From Macrostomum lignano (taxonomy: Eukaryota): DNA of 64,000 bases. Where the stretch lies: NCBI GenBank assembly GCA_002269645.1, contig NIVC01002029.1:124001-188000 (forward strand), read 5' to 3'. A program made the translations under genes and the position numbers. Numbering within the stretch: position 1 is the stretch's first letter; the number at the start of each line of letters is the position of its first letter. Positions 50,875 through 62,524 of this stretch are shown piece by piece. The notes below the pieces were generated by a model that saw nothing but the letters and a program-made list of their open reading frames with translations, ran no database searches and was not told where the DNA came from.

Positions 50875-51040
50875 CCACAGCCTAAACTAATCCCTAAAAA
50901 TATCCCACACCCTAGACTAAATCCCTAAAAATCTTACACCCTAGACTAAATCCCTAAAAATCTTACACCCTAGACTAAATCCCTAGAAAATCTTACATCC
51001 TGGACTAAATCCCTAAAAAATGCCACACCATAGACTAAAT
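50875..51040. repeat. ~29-bp repeat CTAGACTAAATCCCTAAAAATCTTACACC, ~6 copies
   Basis: In the NDUFS2-NGDN spacer. Confidence 0.88.
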
Positions 51041-51673
51041 CCTCTAATTTTGTAACAAGACACGAGTGACAATCTCTGTCGCAGTCACGGTGCACTAAAA
51101 GTATGCACATGAGTAAGTGTAAGCGGCATTACAACTTGGACAATATTTATATATATAGAGTATATTTAATTTTATTCAAATTCTGTCCATATTTTTAAAC
51201 ACAGAGCCACTACTTAGCATACAGGTGGGCTGGGCGGTACGGGATCTGCCATAGAGGTGCAATAAAGTTCCTACAGTATAGTTACACATCATACTCATTA
51301 AAAGCTAATTATAGACAAAAACTGATAACTGGGAAGCTAAAGAATGGAAATGGGAGGGCAGGAGGGGAGACGCAAAAATGACACACTAAGGCTACTACTG
51401 AGAGACCCAAAGTAAGTAGTACTTATAAAAACAGAAACTAATAGAGATATATCTATGACAAAAATTCAATAAGAATCCGATCTGGTCTGACCCATTTATT
51501 TTGCTTTACGAGTCCATAAATTTAGACTATAAAAAACTTATGTGTGCTCTACTATGAGTAGCAAACTCAGCAATACACGCTATATTTATCCAGACCAGAG
51601 TAATTCACACTGACAGCTTGAGTTTACCCAATTAATATAATTAGTTTATATCAACAATCTGTCAGTAAATCTT

Positions 51674-51895
51674 TCAACGGTCAACTTCGCCGAACACAAC
51701 GTCCAGTGTGCCGATGATAGCCACAATATCGGCCAGCATGTGACCCTTGCCCAGCTTGTGCAGTCCGGCCAGGTGGGAGAACCCGGGCGCTTTGATTTTG
51801 CACCTGTACGGCTTGTTGCCGCCGTCGGAGACCAGGTAGACACCGAATTCGCCTTTTGGCGCCTCGATTGCCGTATAGGTGGCGCCGGGTGGCAC
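51674..51895 (-). CDS. NDUFS2: NDUFS2 exon 3
   Basis: [21 protein letters not shown]...KIKAPGF...DVVFGEVDR stop. Total 466 aa. Confidence 0.97.
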   Translation of the reverse strand: MPPGATYTAIEAPKGEFGVYLVSDGGNKPYRCKIKAPGFSHLAGLHKLGKGHMLADIVAIIGTLDVVFGEVDR

Positions 51896-51934
51896 CTGTG
51901 GATTTGGGATAACGCGTCCAAATTTCAGTATTTG

Positions 51935-52675
51935 GATCAGAGTAGAGTGAGATCAGAATTGAGTGGGATCAGCATTGAGTGGGAGCAGAGTGGAATGGGA
52001 TCAGAATCGAGTGGGATCAGCATTGAGTGGGAGCAGAGTGGAATGGGATCAGAATCGAGTGGGATCAGCATTGAGTGGGATCAGTATAGAGTGGGACCAG
52101 AGTAGAATGGGATCAGTATAGAGTGGGATCAGAGTAGAATGGGATCAGAGTAGAATGGGATCAGCATTAAGTGGGATCAGAGTAGAATGGGATCAGTATA
52201 GAGTGGGATCAAAGTAAATGGGATCAGTATAGAATGGGACCAGAGTATAATGGGATCAGCATTGAGTGGGATCAAAGTAGAATGGGATCAGCATTAAGTG
52301 GGATCAGAGTAGAATGGGATCAGTATAGAGTTGGATCAAAGTAGAATGGGATCAGTATAGAGTGGGATCAAAGTAGAATGGGATCAGCATTGAGTGGGAT
52401 CAAAGTAGAATGGGATCAGCATTAAGTGGGATCAGAGTAGAATGGGATCAGTATAGAGTGGGACCAGAGTAGAATGGGATCAGCATTGAGTGGGATCAGA
52501 GTAGAATGGGATCAGTATAGAGTGGGATCAGAGTAGAATGGGATCAGCATTAAGTGGGATCAGAGTAGAATGGGATCAGTATAGAGTGGGATCAGAGTAG
52601 AATGGGATCAGCATTGAGTGGGATCAAAGTAGAATGGGATCAGTATTGACTAGGATCAGAGTAGAATGGGACCAG
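51935..52675. repeat. 16-bp array GGGATCAG(AGTAGAAT/TATAGAGT/CATTGAGT), NDUFS2 intron 2
   Basis: Alternating variants. Confidence 0.94.
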
Positions 52676-52712
52676 AACCCATTAGTTGCTCACACAATTT
52701 AATCAGTCTTAC

Positions 52713-52943
52713 CTGATAGCCCTCGGTAAAGAGTTTAAAATGGTGAATAAGCGCCTCCATGGACTCCTTCATCTCGGCACGCCTAGGCGGCACAATTTTT
52801 CGATCGTCGACTTTCACCTCGCCAGGCGGCAGCTTGTTGAGGCACTGTTCGATGATTTTCTGGGACTGGCGCATCTCTTCCATGCGGCACAGGTAGCGGT
52901 CGTAGCAGTCACCGTTGCGACCAATGGGAACGTCGAATTCAAC
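52713..52943 (-). CDS. NDUFS2: NDUFS2 exon 2
   Basis: [27 protein letters not shown]...[16 protein letters not shown]; CCGCAG acceptor, GTAAGA donor. Confidence 0.97.
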
Positions 52944-53034
52944 CTGCGGCAGTGGGCAACGGACGAATTAGATAAAAAATAGATTAGAAGTTAGACTATT
53001 AAAATCGCGTAGTGTCAGACTACATGGACTCTAA

Positions 53035-53238
53035 CGGTGTCACACTAGTGTTGTCAGACTCTAGTGTTGTCAGATTAGTGGGTGTCAGACTCTAGTGGTG
53101 TCAGACTCTAGTAGTTTCAGACACTAGTGGTGTCAAACCGGTGTCAGACTCTAGTGGTGTCAGACTCTAGTGGTGTCAGACTCTAGTAGTTTCAGACACT
53201 AGTGGAGTCAAACCGGTGTCAGACTCTAGTGGTGTCAG
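53035..53238. repeat. 16-bp array TGTCAGACTCTAGTGG, NDUFS2 intron 1
   Basis: Seen directly. Confidence 0.9.
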
Positions 53239-53401
53239 TTGAACTAATGAAGGTAAATAGAAGGGGGTCAAAGTCTGGAGGTTGTGACGGGTTCAAAAAT
53301 CGATCGGGGTCAGCTGAGTCCATGGGGTGGGGAATCCAGTGGACTCAAAGTCAAAACGTGTACAGGATTGGACCCGCCAAGCAGCCAATTTATGCGCTCA
53401 C

Positions 53402-54349
53402 CTGATCGTAGGCATCGTATGGCTGGGATTTGCGCAAGTCCCAGCAGATGCCGGAGCCGCGAAGCATCACCCCAGAGAAGCCATAGTTGAGCGCATCCTC
53501 CGCGCTGATCACACCGATATCCTTGGTTCGCATCACCCAGATGCGATTCTCAGTTAGCAGATCATCCACCTCGTCGATTCGCTGTACAAACTTCTTATTC
53601 CAATCGTAGATATCCTCGAGCAGGCCGACTGGCAGGTCCCGGTCCACGCCGCCGGGCCTGACGTAGGCGGCGTGCATTCTGGCGCCGCTGACTCGCTCGT
53701 AGAACTCCATCATCTTTTCGCGCTCCTCGAACATCCAGAAGAATGGCGTCATGGCGCCAACGTCGAGCGCGTGAGTGCCGATGCCCATGAGGTGGTTCAT
53801 GATTCTGGTCAGCTCGCCGAACAGCACCCGGATCCACTTGGCCCGGGGCGGCACATCAATATTGAGCAGTCGCTCAACAGCCAACGAGAAGCACTGCTCG
53901 TTGCACATCATTGACACATAGTCTAATCTATCGAAATAAGGCAGCGCCTGAGTGTAAGTCTTGTACTCGATCAGCTTCTCAGTGGCCCGGTGCAGCAGGC
54001 CGATGTGCGGATCGGCTCGCACGACAGTCTCACCGTCCAGGGTGAGCACCAGCCTGAGCACACCATGAGCAGCCGGGTGTTGCGGACCAAAATTTATCGT
54101 CATATTTAGCACCTGCTTGTCCCGATCCTCCATAGCGCCAGTCTGCGGCAGGAACGGCTCCCATTTGCTGGCCCATTTCTGGTCAGGATGAGTGGCTAGC
54201 ATGACTTGCTTGTCGATGGTTCGCCTGTCGGCAACGTACTGCTCAGCATAGCCGCGCCGGCACTGCTGCTGAGCTGGCAGCGGCTGGCGCAGCAGAGCCA
54301 GCTGGGTGAGCCTGCTGCTGGCCTGGCGTAGCAGGGCGGTGGCCGACAT
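53402..54349 (-). CDS. NDUFS2: NADH:ubiquinone oxidoreductase 49 kDa subunit, exon 1 (with mitochondrial presequence)
   Basis: [41 protein letters not shown]; Arg/Leu/Ala-rich presequence; GTGAGC donor, phase 0. Confidence 0.98.
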
Positions 54350-54459
54350 TGGTTTTTTAAAATAAATATTAACTGTGTATATTCAGTGTATTAGCAGTAT
54401 AGTTCAGCTGAGTCTGTTGTAAGTCGGCTGAAGTAGTAAGTGCATTAATATTTAAATAT

Positions 54460-54767
54460 TATTAATTATTATTGTTGATTACATGTCATAATTAAACCAG
54501 ATGTGCAGCCGACAGCTTGGCCGCAGCTTTTGTATGGCGCATCTGAAGGCTGCATACGGCTGTTCAGTCCAAGGACTGGGGGGGTCGCCCCACACATCCT
54601 CAATTACCCCAGCTAATGCTGGCACCCATTTTACAGCTGGGTGAACTGAAGCAATGCAGAGTTAAGTGTCTTGCTCAAGGACACAAATTGTTCCAGTGGG
54701 ATTGGGAATCGAACCCCTGACCTTTAAGTTATGAGTCTAATGCTCTAACCATTAGACTACAACAACC
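54460..54767 (-). mobile_element. tRNA-derived CORE-SINE
   Basis: Minus strand: tRNA-like head with A box TAGTCTAATGG, CAT anticodon loop and B box GGTTCGATTCC. Next comes TGTCCTTGAGCAAGACACTTAAC...CAGCTGTAAAATGGG, resembling the MIR CORE domain, then an (AAT)-rich tail. Confidence 0.78.
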
Positions 54768-57393
54768 TATATATTTAAAAATATAAATAAAATTTTAAAG
54801 TATTTTAAATTCATTGGGATGATAACTAGCATTAGACACAATATTCAAAAAAGTAATGCCAATACCTGAAAGTCTGGTACTTTATGGCATTACTTGGTTT
54901 TTTAAAAAAGCAAGGTTTTAAGGCAAAGAAAGCAAGCTTAGCATTGTTTTAAATGAAGAAACTTTGGTAAAACAAATAAAATAAAATTACCAAATTAAAA
55001 AGAAACAATTGCCACTTTATTCAATCAATTAGCTACTTTAGACAGTCTTATTTATATATATTAGTACTATTATCATTTGAGTATAGTGTTGCAGCCTGCT
55101 AATCTGCAATTGCTGCACCTGCATGCTTAATCCTTTAGTTTGATAAGGGGTTGGGTGCACTTAGTCATCTAAGCAGACTGACTGCTCTAAGCAAAGCTAG
55201 ACTTAAAAGCCTTACCTTTGATTAGGCAATATCTTGCCCTACTGCTCTCTATATGTAAACCTAAATAAATTACATCACTTTTCTTCATTTTACTCAACTT
55301 GGCCTTGCTCTGAGCACCTAAATAGTGGATTTATTTATTTATTTCTGATTGTTTACTTGTTTACTAAATTACCTGTGCTACTACTAGTGTATTACTAGTA
55401 TATTTACGATTATAAAAATTATAGAATCAATTGACAATCAACATATAATCAATTGATAGTAAATCTATTGCAGAGCTTGCAGCATAATAATTGATAAATA
55501 AATAATATCCTTTTAATGATGATTAATAACTACCAACTAATTATAAAGCATATATAGCCAAGGATATTTCTTTAAAATTATAAAAACTTTTCAAGAAAGA
55601 AAACATTTGTAACTTTTTACTAGATTAGCTAGATTAGACCTAATTATTTTACCTTTATTGACCTAAATATATAGTATTTATTATTTTTTAAAGTATTTAA
55701 CTATTTCATTTATTTTAAAGAAATTTTATATATTTTTTAATTTTCAAATTTTAAATAGCATTGATTGGGAAAATTTAAAAATTATACGAAGTTATAGGCT
55801 TAGAAATCCAATGCTAATAAAAATATTGGCTTCCAATACTCCAATACCTAAAAGGTATTGCCAATAGTATTAGAATATCACATAATCAAAATTGTGCCTA
55901 ACACTGATGATAATAAATTTTATTAGGCATATCTTTTCTATAATTGGCTTATTAAGAAAACTAACAATTTAAATATGCTAAATTTTGCTTACTATAAGTG
56001 GAAAAAAATAAAGCAATTGGTTATAATGAAAATACAAAAAATGTATTTTGTATAGTCTTACCATGTATTTTTTTAATTCTAAGACTGACTTTAAAAGTAT
56101 TATTGTAAAGGTTTCGACTATTTTGGCTATAGGCCCATTATATTTATTCTTATTTTTATTAGTAAATAAGGATAGAAAAGGCCTAAAAGTATTGAAAATA
56201 CTAGTGAAAAAAGTTTTTGGGAACAGATAATCAATATCTAAATAGACAAAATATTATAAAAATGTTGGAAATTTTAGATATGAAAAGTTTTATGTTTAAA
56301 CTGGCAAAATGTTCATAGGACATTTAGGTGAATACTACACTCCAGATCATATAGTATACACCCAAAAATTGGGCATGCATTGGCCTTGTATGACAAAAGT
56401 TAGGCATATATAGTTGGCATGCATGACTTCTAAAATAGTGTGCCTGGACACCTGGCATGCACAATATAGAATTGTATAAATTTCAAGTTTTCTAGCTTTT
56501 AGGCTCATTAATTAGATATTTAAATAAATGTTTGTGAGTATTTATTTTTTACTAGAAAAAGTAAAGGTAAGAAAAATAAATAAATATTATTTTTATATTT
56601 AAAATTATTTATTTTATTTTAAATTTAGAATTTTAAATTATATTAAAATTATAGCATACAAAGAGACCTAGAATATACCATTGGCATACAACTTAATGAA
56701 TCCAGGACTATTTGTCTACATTGGGCAAATGGCCAATGGACTATGTCTGCCGGTGCTAAATAATGGATGTGGTACATAGGTTTTTGGACACTTTGGCAAC
56801 AGATGTTTTAGCAACATCATAAAACATCTAAATAATACGTACAATAGAGTTCCTAATTTTGATATATTGTGTCACTAAAATACATTGCAAAAAATTGCCA
56901 TAAAATGTGCACTATTATAATCCAGACTAAGGCAGTAGTCTTATCTACTTCTTATCTACTATTCTCTTATCTACTTTTTCTCCACAGTAAAACCATGCCG
57001 CAGTAAAAAATGGAAGCCATTGTATTGGACATAATCTACACAAATGAAATTACCTTGCTATTGAAAATCCCTATAAACTAAATCTCTAAGGTTTGTATAT
57101 TTGACTTTTTATAAAGTCAATCTGATTCTAAGAAAGTATATACTTTTAACAAAGCCAACTTTTTTCGTTTTTAAAAATTCTAGAATATAATTATTTATAT
57201 TAAGTTTGTTATTTTGCTTGAAAAATGCATTCAAAAATGAAAAAATGTGTATAACTTCGGCTTACATGTTGAAAACATTTTTTGCCTTGGTGTACAAATG
57301 TTTTCTTATACTTTTTCTCCCACTAGACCAGGCGTACATTAAAATGCAATCCAAACTATGGCCTTTTGCTCTTGGTAGGCAGTAGGCTTATGG

Positions 57394-59162
57394 GGCATAA
57401 ATTTACTTTTGTTCGTGAATTTTTTTCTTTTAAAATGGTGCCAATGACATGGAATGACAAATGGGAGTTGTCTATAGCCCATATTAGCTGCATAGAGTTG
57501 TTTGGGGCACAAAAATTTGGCAGAGTTTTATTGAGCCCTCACTATAGTTTGGACTTTAGAGACTCTTCTGATTTGCAAATGGCTGGACTGCCCCTAAGAC
57601 CATCATGGATTGGGCCACTGAATGAAGTTCTGCCAGCACAGGCACTAACGGAACTAAATATGAATTCAAGGGATCTGATGGAAGTGACAGCAAGTACTGA
57701 CGAGACTATGTGGTGGCTCACTTGTCATGGACTATTAGCCAACCAATGGACCTGCCCATGTGCCGCGCATACACCGATGAATCTGCAGCACAATGGAAAG
57801 CAATTCATTAATGGCTATGCCTAGGACTGTAAAACCTGTTGAAACCAAGAGAGCATATGCAAGGGCTCCTTTTTGGAGGCTAGCCATCTGGACTTGCAAT
57901 AGCTGATCACCCTATTGCAATGCTGGGCCAAAAACGAGTCCATGTCAACCATCATGCACAAGTGTTGCATCAGTAGCCGCACTGCCATCAACTGGCTCAA
58001 CTTCATTCGTGACGTCTATTGCCAATACTTTGTGAATCACATGATGCAGCTGGGTGGCCCTGGTCACATGGTCGAGATTGACAAAAGTTGGTTCTTCTAC
58101 CGCAAGTATTACCAGGGAACCTATCATGACAGTCACTGGGTGCTTAGAATGATGGAACAAGGCTCGCCCAAGTGTGTCATGGTCATTGTACTAGACAGGT
58201 CTGCTGCTGTACTGCTGCCCATCATCTAGCAGTATATCCTACCTGGCATGCGGATCCTGACAGATGGCTAGCAAGCATATAATCAAGTGGCAAATGCTGT
58301 CAGTGGTCTTGGTAATCATGGTGTCATTAATTATAGGCTCCACTTTGTGGACTCCAATGACCCCACACTGCACACAAACACAATTGAAGGGACATGGGGC
58401 AATTGCAAAGCAAAATTCTGGGCCATGCATGGCACTAGCAATGCCCTCTTTGCAGGGTTTTTTGTGCGCAGAGTGTGCATATGCACCCTAAATTTTAAAA
58501 TTGCACCCTGAAATTAAAAAAGTAGGTGTAGTTTAGGTGCGGTCTTATAACCATTTTTTAAAGGCTTAACCATGCTTAAGTTATTTTTCATGCACTGCTT
58601 TAAAATATGAAACAAAATAACTCTTTAAATCCTATTAAGTCATATATATAGGCAATATAGCCTATGGCTATAGCCTTATGTAAGATATTAAAATATATAT
58701 TCCCAGTTGTCTGAAACAAGACTCAAGAGAAATTGCACTCTGAGCCTTAAAATCGCACCTTGAAATTTGGCACAAGGTGCGATTTTGCACCTTGTCTCTG
58801 GCAAAAAACCTAGCCTCTTTGAATCGCACATCCAAGAGTATCTATGGCGACGCTTTTACCCAGGGCCTACTAAGGCTTTTGGCAGCATTCTGTACTGGAT
58901 TTGTAATTATTACCCAGTTTAGGAATCTGAGACAGTCAGGACTACATTGAACTAAACTGAGTAATGCTCAGTGCCATTTAAAAATGTTTCCCACCAGTTG
59001 TTACCAGTTGATGTTATGAGCTAAATAAAACTTAGCTGAATTTTTGTGCCCCAAACATCTCTATACAGCTAGTACAGGCCATAGACAACTCCCATTTATC
59101 ATTCTGTGTCATTGGCACCATTTTAAAAGAAAAAATTTTGCGAACAAAAGTAAATTTATGCC
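57394..59162 (+). mobile_element. Merlin (IS1016/IS1595-like) DNA transposon, inactivated
   Basis: About 140-150-bp diverged TIRs beginning GGCATAAATTTAC at 57394 and ending GTAAATTTATGCC at 59162. Flanks GCTTATGG / ACTAATTG match 5/8, a possible decayed TSD. Encloses an ISXO2-like transposase. Confidence 0.85.
57660..58511 (+). pseudogene. Merlin/ISXO2-like DDE transposase pseudogene
   Basis: One frame: LLANQWTCPC...GGPGHMVEIDKS.F.RKY..G...WV...ILPG.RILTDG*QAY...FVDSNDPTLHTNTIEGTW. Five in-frame stops (57822, 57840, 57900, 58227, 58269) and no frameshift. Confidence 0.9.
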
Positions 59163-59191
59163 ACTAATTGGCTAATTGGCTATAGACTTTA

Positions 59192-59584
59192 CGAAGAGCT
59201 TGCGTGCATGGCCGCCGTTCACGTAAGCTCAGAATTGCGTGCACGGCAGAGCTATATCTTATAGGCTTATACAGTAAGTCATATACTATTTGAATTAATA
59301 TTCAAGTTAACAAAAAAACAATGAATTAAGATTAAATTTGCAGTCCATGGTGTACGGGGGATAAAACATTATAAAACAATATAGTAAAAATATTTTTTAA
59401 TTAGGTTTGCAATGCCAATGCGTGGATTTAAGGGCCCCAGTCCCGGCCAATTGCCGGCTGCCGTGCACGCAATTACAACACTAGGTGTACGGCTGCATAC
59501 ATGCAAATAAAGCACTAGGTAGATAGCCGCCGTGCACGCAATTCTGAGCTTACGTGAATGGCTGCCGTGCACGCAAGCTCTTCG
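59192..59584. mobile_element. MITE with ~63-bp TIRs and a 9-bp TSD (Mutator- or Merlin-type)
   Basis: CGAAGAGCTTGCGTGCA... and ...TGCACGCAAGCTCTTCG ends; perfect TAGACTTTA at 59183-59191 and 59585-59593; internal CCGTGCACGCAATT repeats. Confidence 0.88.
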
Positions 59585-62085
59585 TAGACTTTATAACTTT
59601 GTAGTATACAGAGATTGCCAAGATAGCAGGTAAGACTGAGACCAAGTTGTAAGTAGTTGTAAGTCCAAAACAATTTATACAGTGTATAAAAATGCCCTTT
59701 AGTAGTTTAATTTTAGTTTAGCATAGGGTATAGGCCTAGGCCTAGTCCTAGTCGCTACCAACATAGCTAAATTTTGATCAAAAAGGAATATCTCCTTTAA
59801 AATAATAATAAGGCTCACCTAGGACTAGGTTCAAAAAGTCAGGACAGGGCAGGCATGACCAGCCAACATGAGGCGTGACCGGCGAACACATTTTGGTTGA
59901 AAATAACTGATAGCTAGGCCTAGCATTCGACCCGGAATTCGCGCGAAAGACGGAGCTAAGGCCTAAGCGACAGACGGAGAAGACATCATAAAACTGAAAT
60001 AAAAAATTATACAACAGACAGAAGTACTATAAAACGACGAGTGTGTTTGAGACGAGTAGACGACTGGGTCTGAGACTTAGGCTAGTCAGTCTTAAGGCTG
60101 GGCATGAATGGCCTGCGCATTCGGCATTCAGCGCCGCCGGCGCGCGAATAATAATTGATTTTTGGGATTTGGCGTGTTTGTAAATGTGCATGTCTCAGAA
60201 TTTGTCAGTTAAACAAAAAGTCAATGACTCTAAATTTGTTTTAAAAAAGGAAATAATGGTATCGAAAATTATGAGAAAAAATTTCAATACAAAGTTACAT
60301 TAGGCACTTGATATTAGGATGTCTTAATAAACTTATTTGTATTTGGTTATTTTTAATCGTATTGCGCTACATCTGACTAATGCTTACGTTGTTGCGCCTT
60401 AAAAACAGGATGCAGCCATAGGTAATTCTCTGTCTGAGTTCAAGGTACCCGCGAGCATGAATAGCGAAATTTCAGATTTCATTATATTTTAATAAGGTGA
60501 GCTACGGAATCACGGCAGATTTAATCGCAAAATCTTAGAATAAACATGACATGTACTCGTAAATTCGTTTTTTGGTGATAAATGCACAATTTGAACACTT
60601 AGTTTTTCTAATGGTTCTTGATAAAACATATTATTAAAATTAGACAAGATTTATTTTTTTTTCAAGTCGACGAAAAAGTCGCTGCTGACAATAAATACTA
60701 TCTAGTAGAAATGATCGCCTAATTCTACTCTCGTGATCGATCGAAGATACTATACATCTAGAAATTAGAGTGTTCAGAAATACACTCAGAGATACACGTA
60801 GCAATACCGATTTCTTCCGTGTATATGCTACGCGCATGTCTTGAATCCAAGGACTACTACTAGACTTGAAGGGCGCAAACACTTGCAAATCGCGTGCAAA
60901 AATAGCTGAAGGCCGATTATTAATGTCTGTTTCTCTAAATCGATTGCACGTAGGTTATTTTTTCGCTAGATTGTTCAGCTTTTTGTCGCCTACCATGCAC
61001 GAAGTCAGGCAGTTTAGTTTTTCCACTAGATGTAGATGCAAGAAAATCCTGTACAATGTAGACATCCTATTTTTGGGCATATGGTAGCTTTATTCAAATC
61101 TTCGAGTTTAGGAAGCAAAATTATAACGAGAGTGTAACGTCCTTTATACATGTACATGTATAACGAAGTGTTCCTAGTGGTACTTGTTTGACTCTAGGAT
61201 GCTTAATTAGGTACTTCATTGTACCTAAGGTGCAAAATTGTTGCATGTAAATTATAAGTGCACGATAGTGACGACTGGTGAACAACTTTAAGTCACTTTT
61301 GCATTCGAATTTTTGTCAGCAAAGCTGCAGATCGAGTCAGCCACGGCAGATGGCCTATAAAGCATTCGAACGTTTGCAATGTTAACACATTGCTGCTGTG
61401 CAAAGAACCGTGAGAAAAAACCACTGTAAATATGCTTGGATACTGCTTGGAGGAATGTATGAAAAATGAAAAATAAAATAAAATAGAGTGTCATGCTTCT
61501 GTATTATATATCTGATCTGATTGAATTATTACTAAATTAAAGGCCATTAAAGTCAACAAAATAAAGATCAAACAATACACAAACGATCATATGCAAATAC
61601 ACCGTGAATAAACTACGTAGATAATAATAGATAATTGCATTCCAGGGCGTAGCCGGGAGGGGGGGTCGGTGTTTCCAATTAGACCGGCAAAAACTTTTCG
61701 CTTCTGTTCCCTGTTAGCAATTCCTCAACAACTACATTGGCATCCCTTGGTGCGATGGTGACCCTATACTGTACCAAGGTCACATTTCAAGCTCTCTCGC
61801 TGTCCATCCCGCGCTGGTACCCCTAGTTAAACGATCCTCCAGCTACGCCCGTGCTACAAGTACAGTACGTGCCGATTAAAATTAGTTTCCATGCACAAAA
61901 AATATAATGGTCGGCAGCAGGCAACAAGTGAAAGACGTGCCAATAAAAATTTCGAAGCTTAAAATTTTCTAATAATTCAATAAGCCGTGATAGAATCATA
62001 CTGTACAAATAAAAAAATATCGATATTAATACATATAAAGCATGTATTAGGGATGAATAAGTTATTTTAAATATCAAGCAATAAA

Positions 62086-62118
<33 letters not shown>

Positions 62119-62524
62119 GGCACAACAAAAATTTATTAAAAATTGCCAAATGAATTTCCAAATATAGATAAAAGAAGATAAACTAAGTAAATTTTAAGGA
62201 TTAATATGTTGGAAATCTGCTATATTGTTGACTCGCATCAGTCACTTATGCTTGGGTTCCAATGTGGGGTCACTCTGAAACTATAGACACCGCATGAGAC
62301 AGTCGATCAGGGCGTGCCTGTGCGAGTGCGTTCCTGCCTGTGTACGTGACGTGTGTGCTCAAGGATCAGCGAAAGAGACATCTGCTTGTCGCCTTGATAG
62401 TGCCCGAAGCCTACATGTGACTTAACAAGATAGTACTAATTACCGTTTACATATATATATGTGTGAATCATTTTCCCTTTAGAAGAAAATAATTAAACAT
62501 TAAATTAGAAGCCAAATATTAGAT

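Noticed and set aside
51674-54349. Bacterial nuoD, contamination or horizontal transfer
   Set aside because: It has a mitochondrial presequence and two GT-AG introns, so it is nuclear NDUFS2.
54695-54767. Functional tRNA-Met gene
   Set aside because: Acceptor and anticodon stems pair poorly and the sequence continues into a SINE body.
60092-60402. TTAA-flanked Kolobok/piggyBac-like element (TTAA GGC...GCC TTAA)
   Set aside because: Only 3 bp of inverted repeat beyond TTAA, which is compatible with chance.
61643-61853. Short MITE with GGGCGTAGC / GCTACGCCC ends
   Set aside because: A 9-bp inverted core is present but there is no matching TSD, so it is too weak to call.
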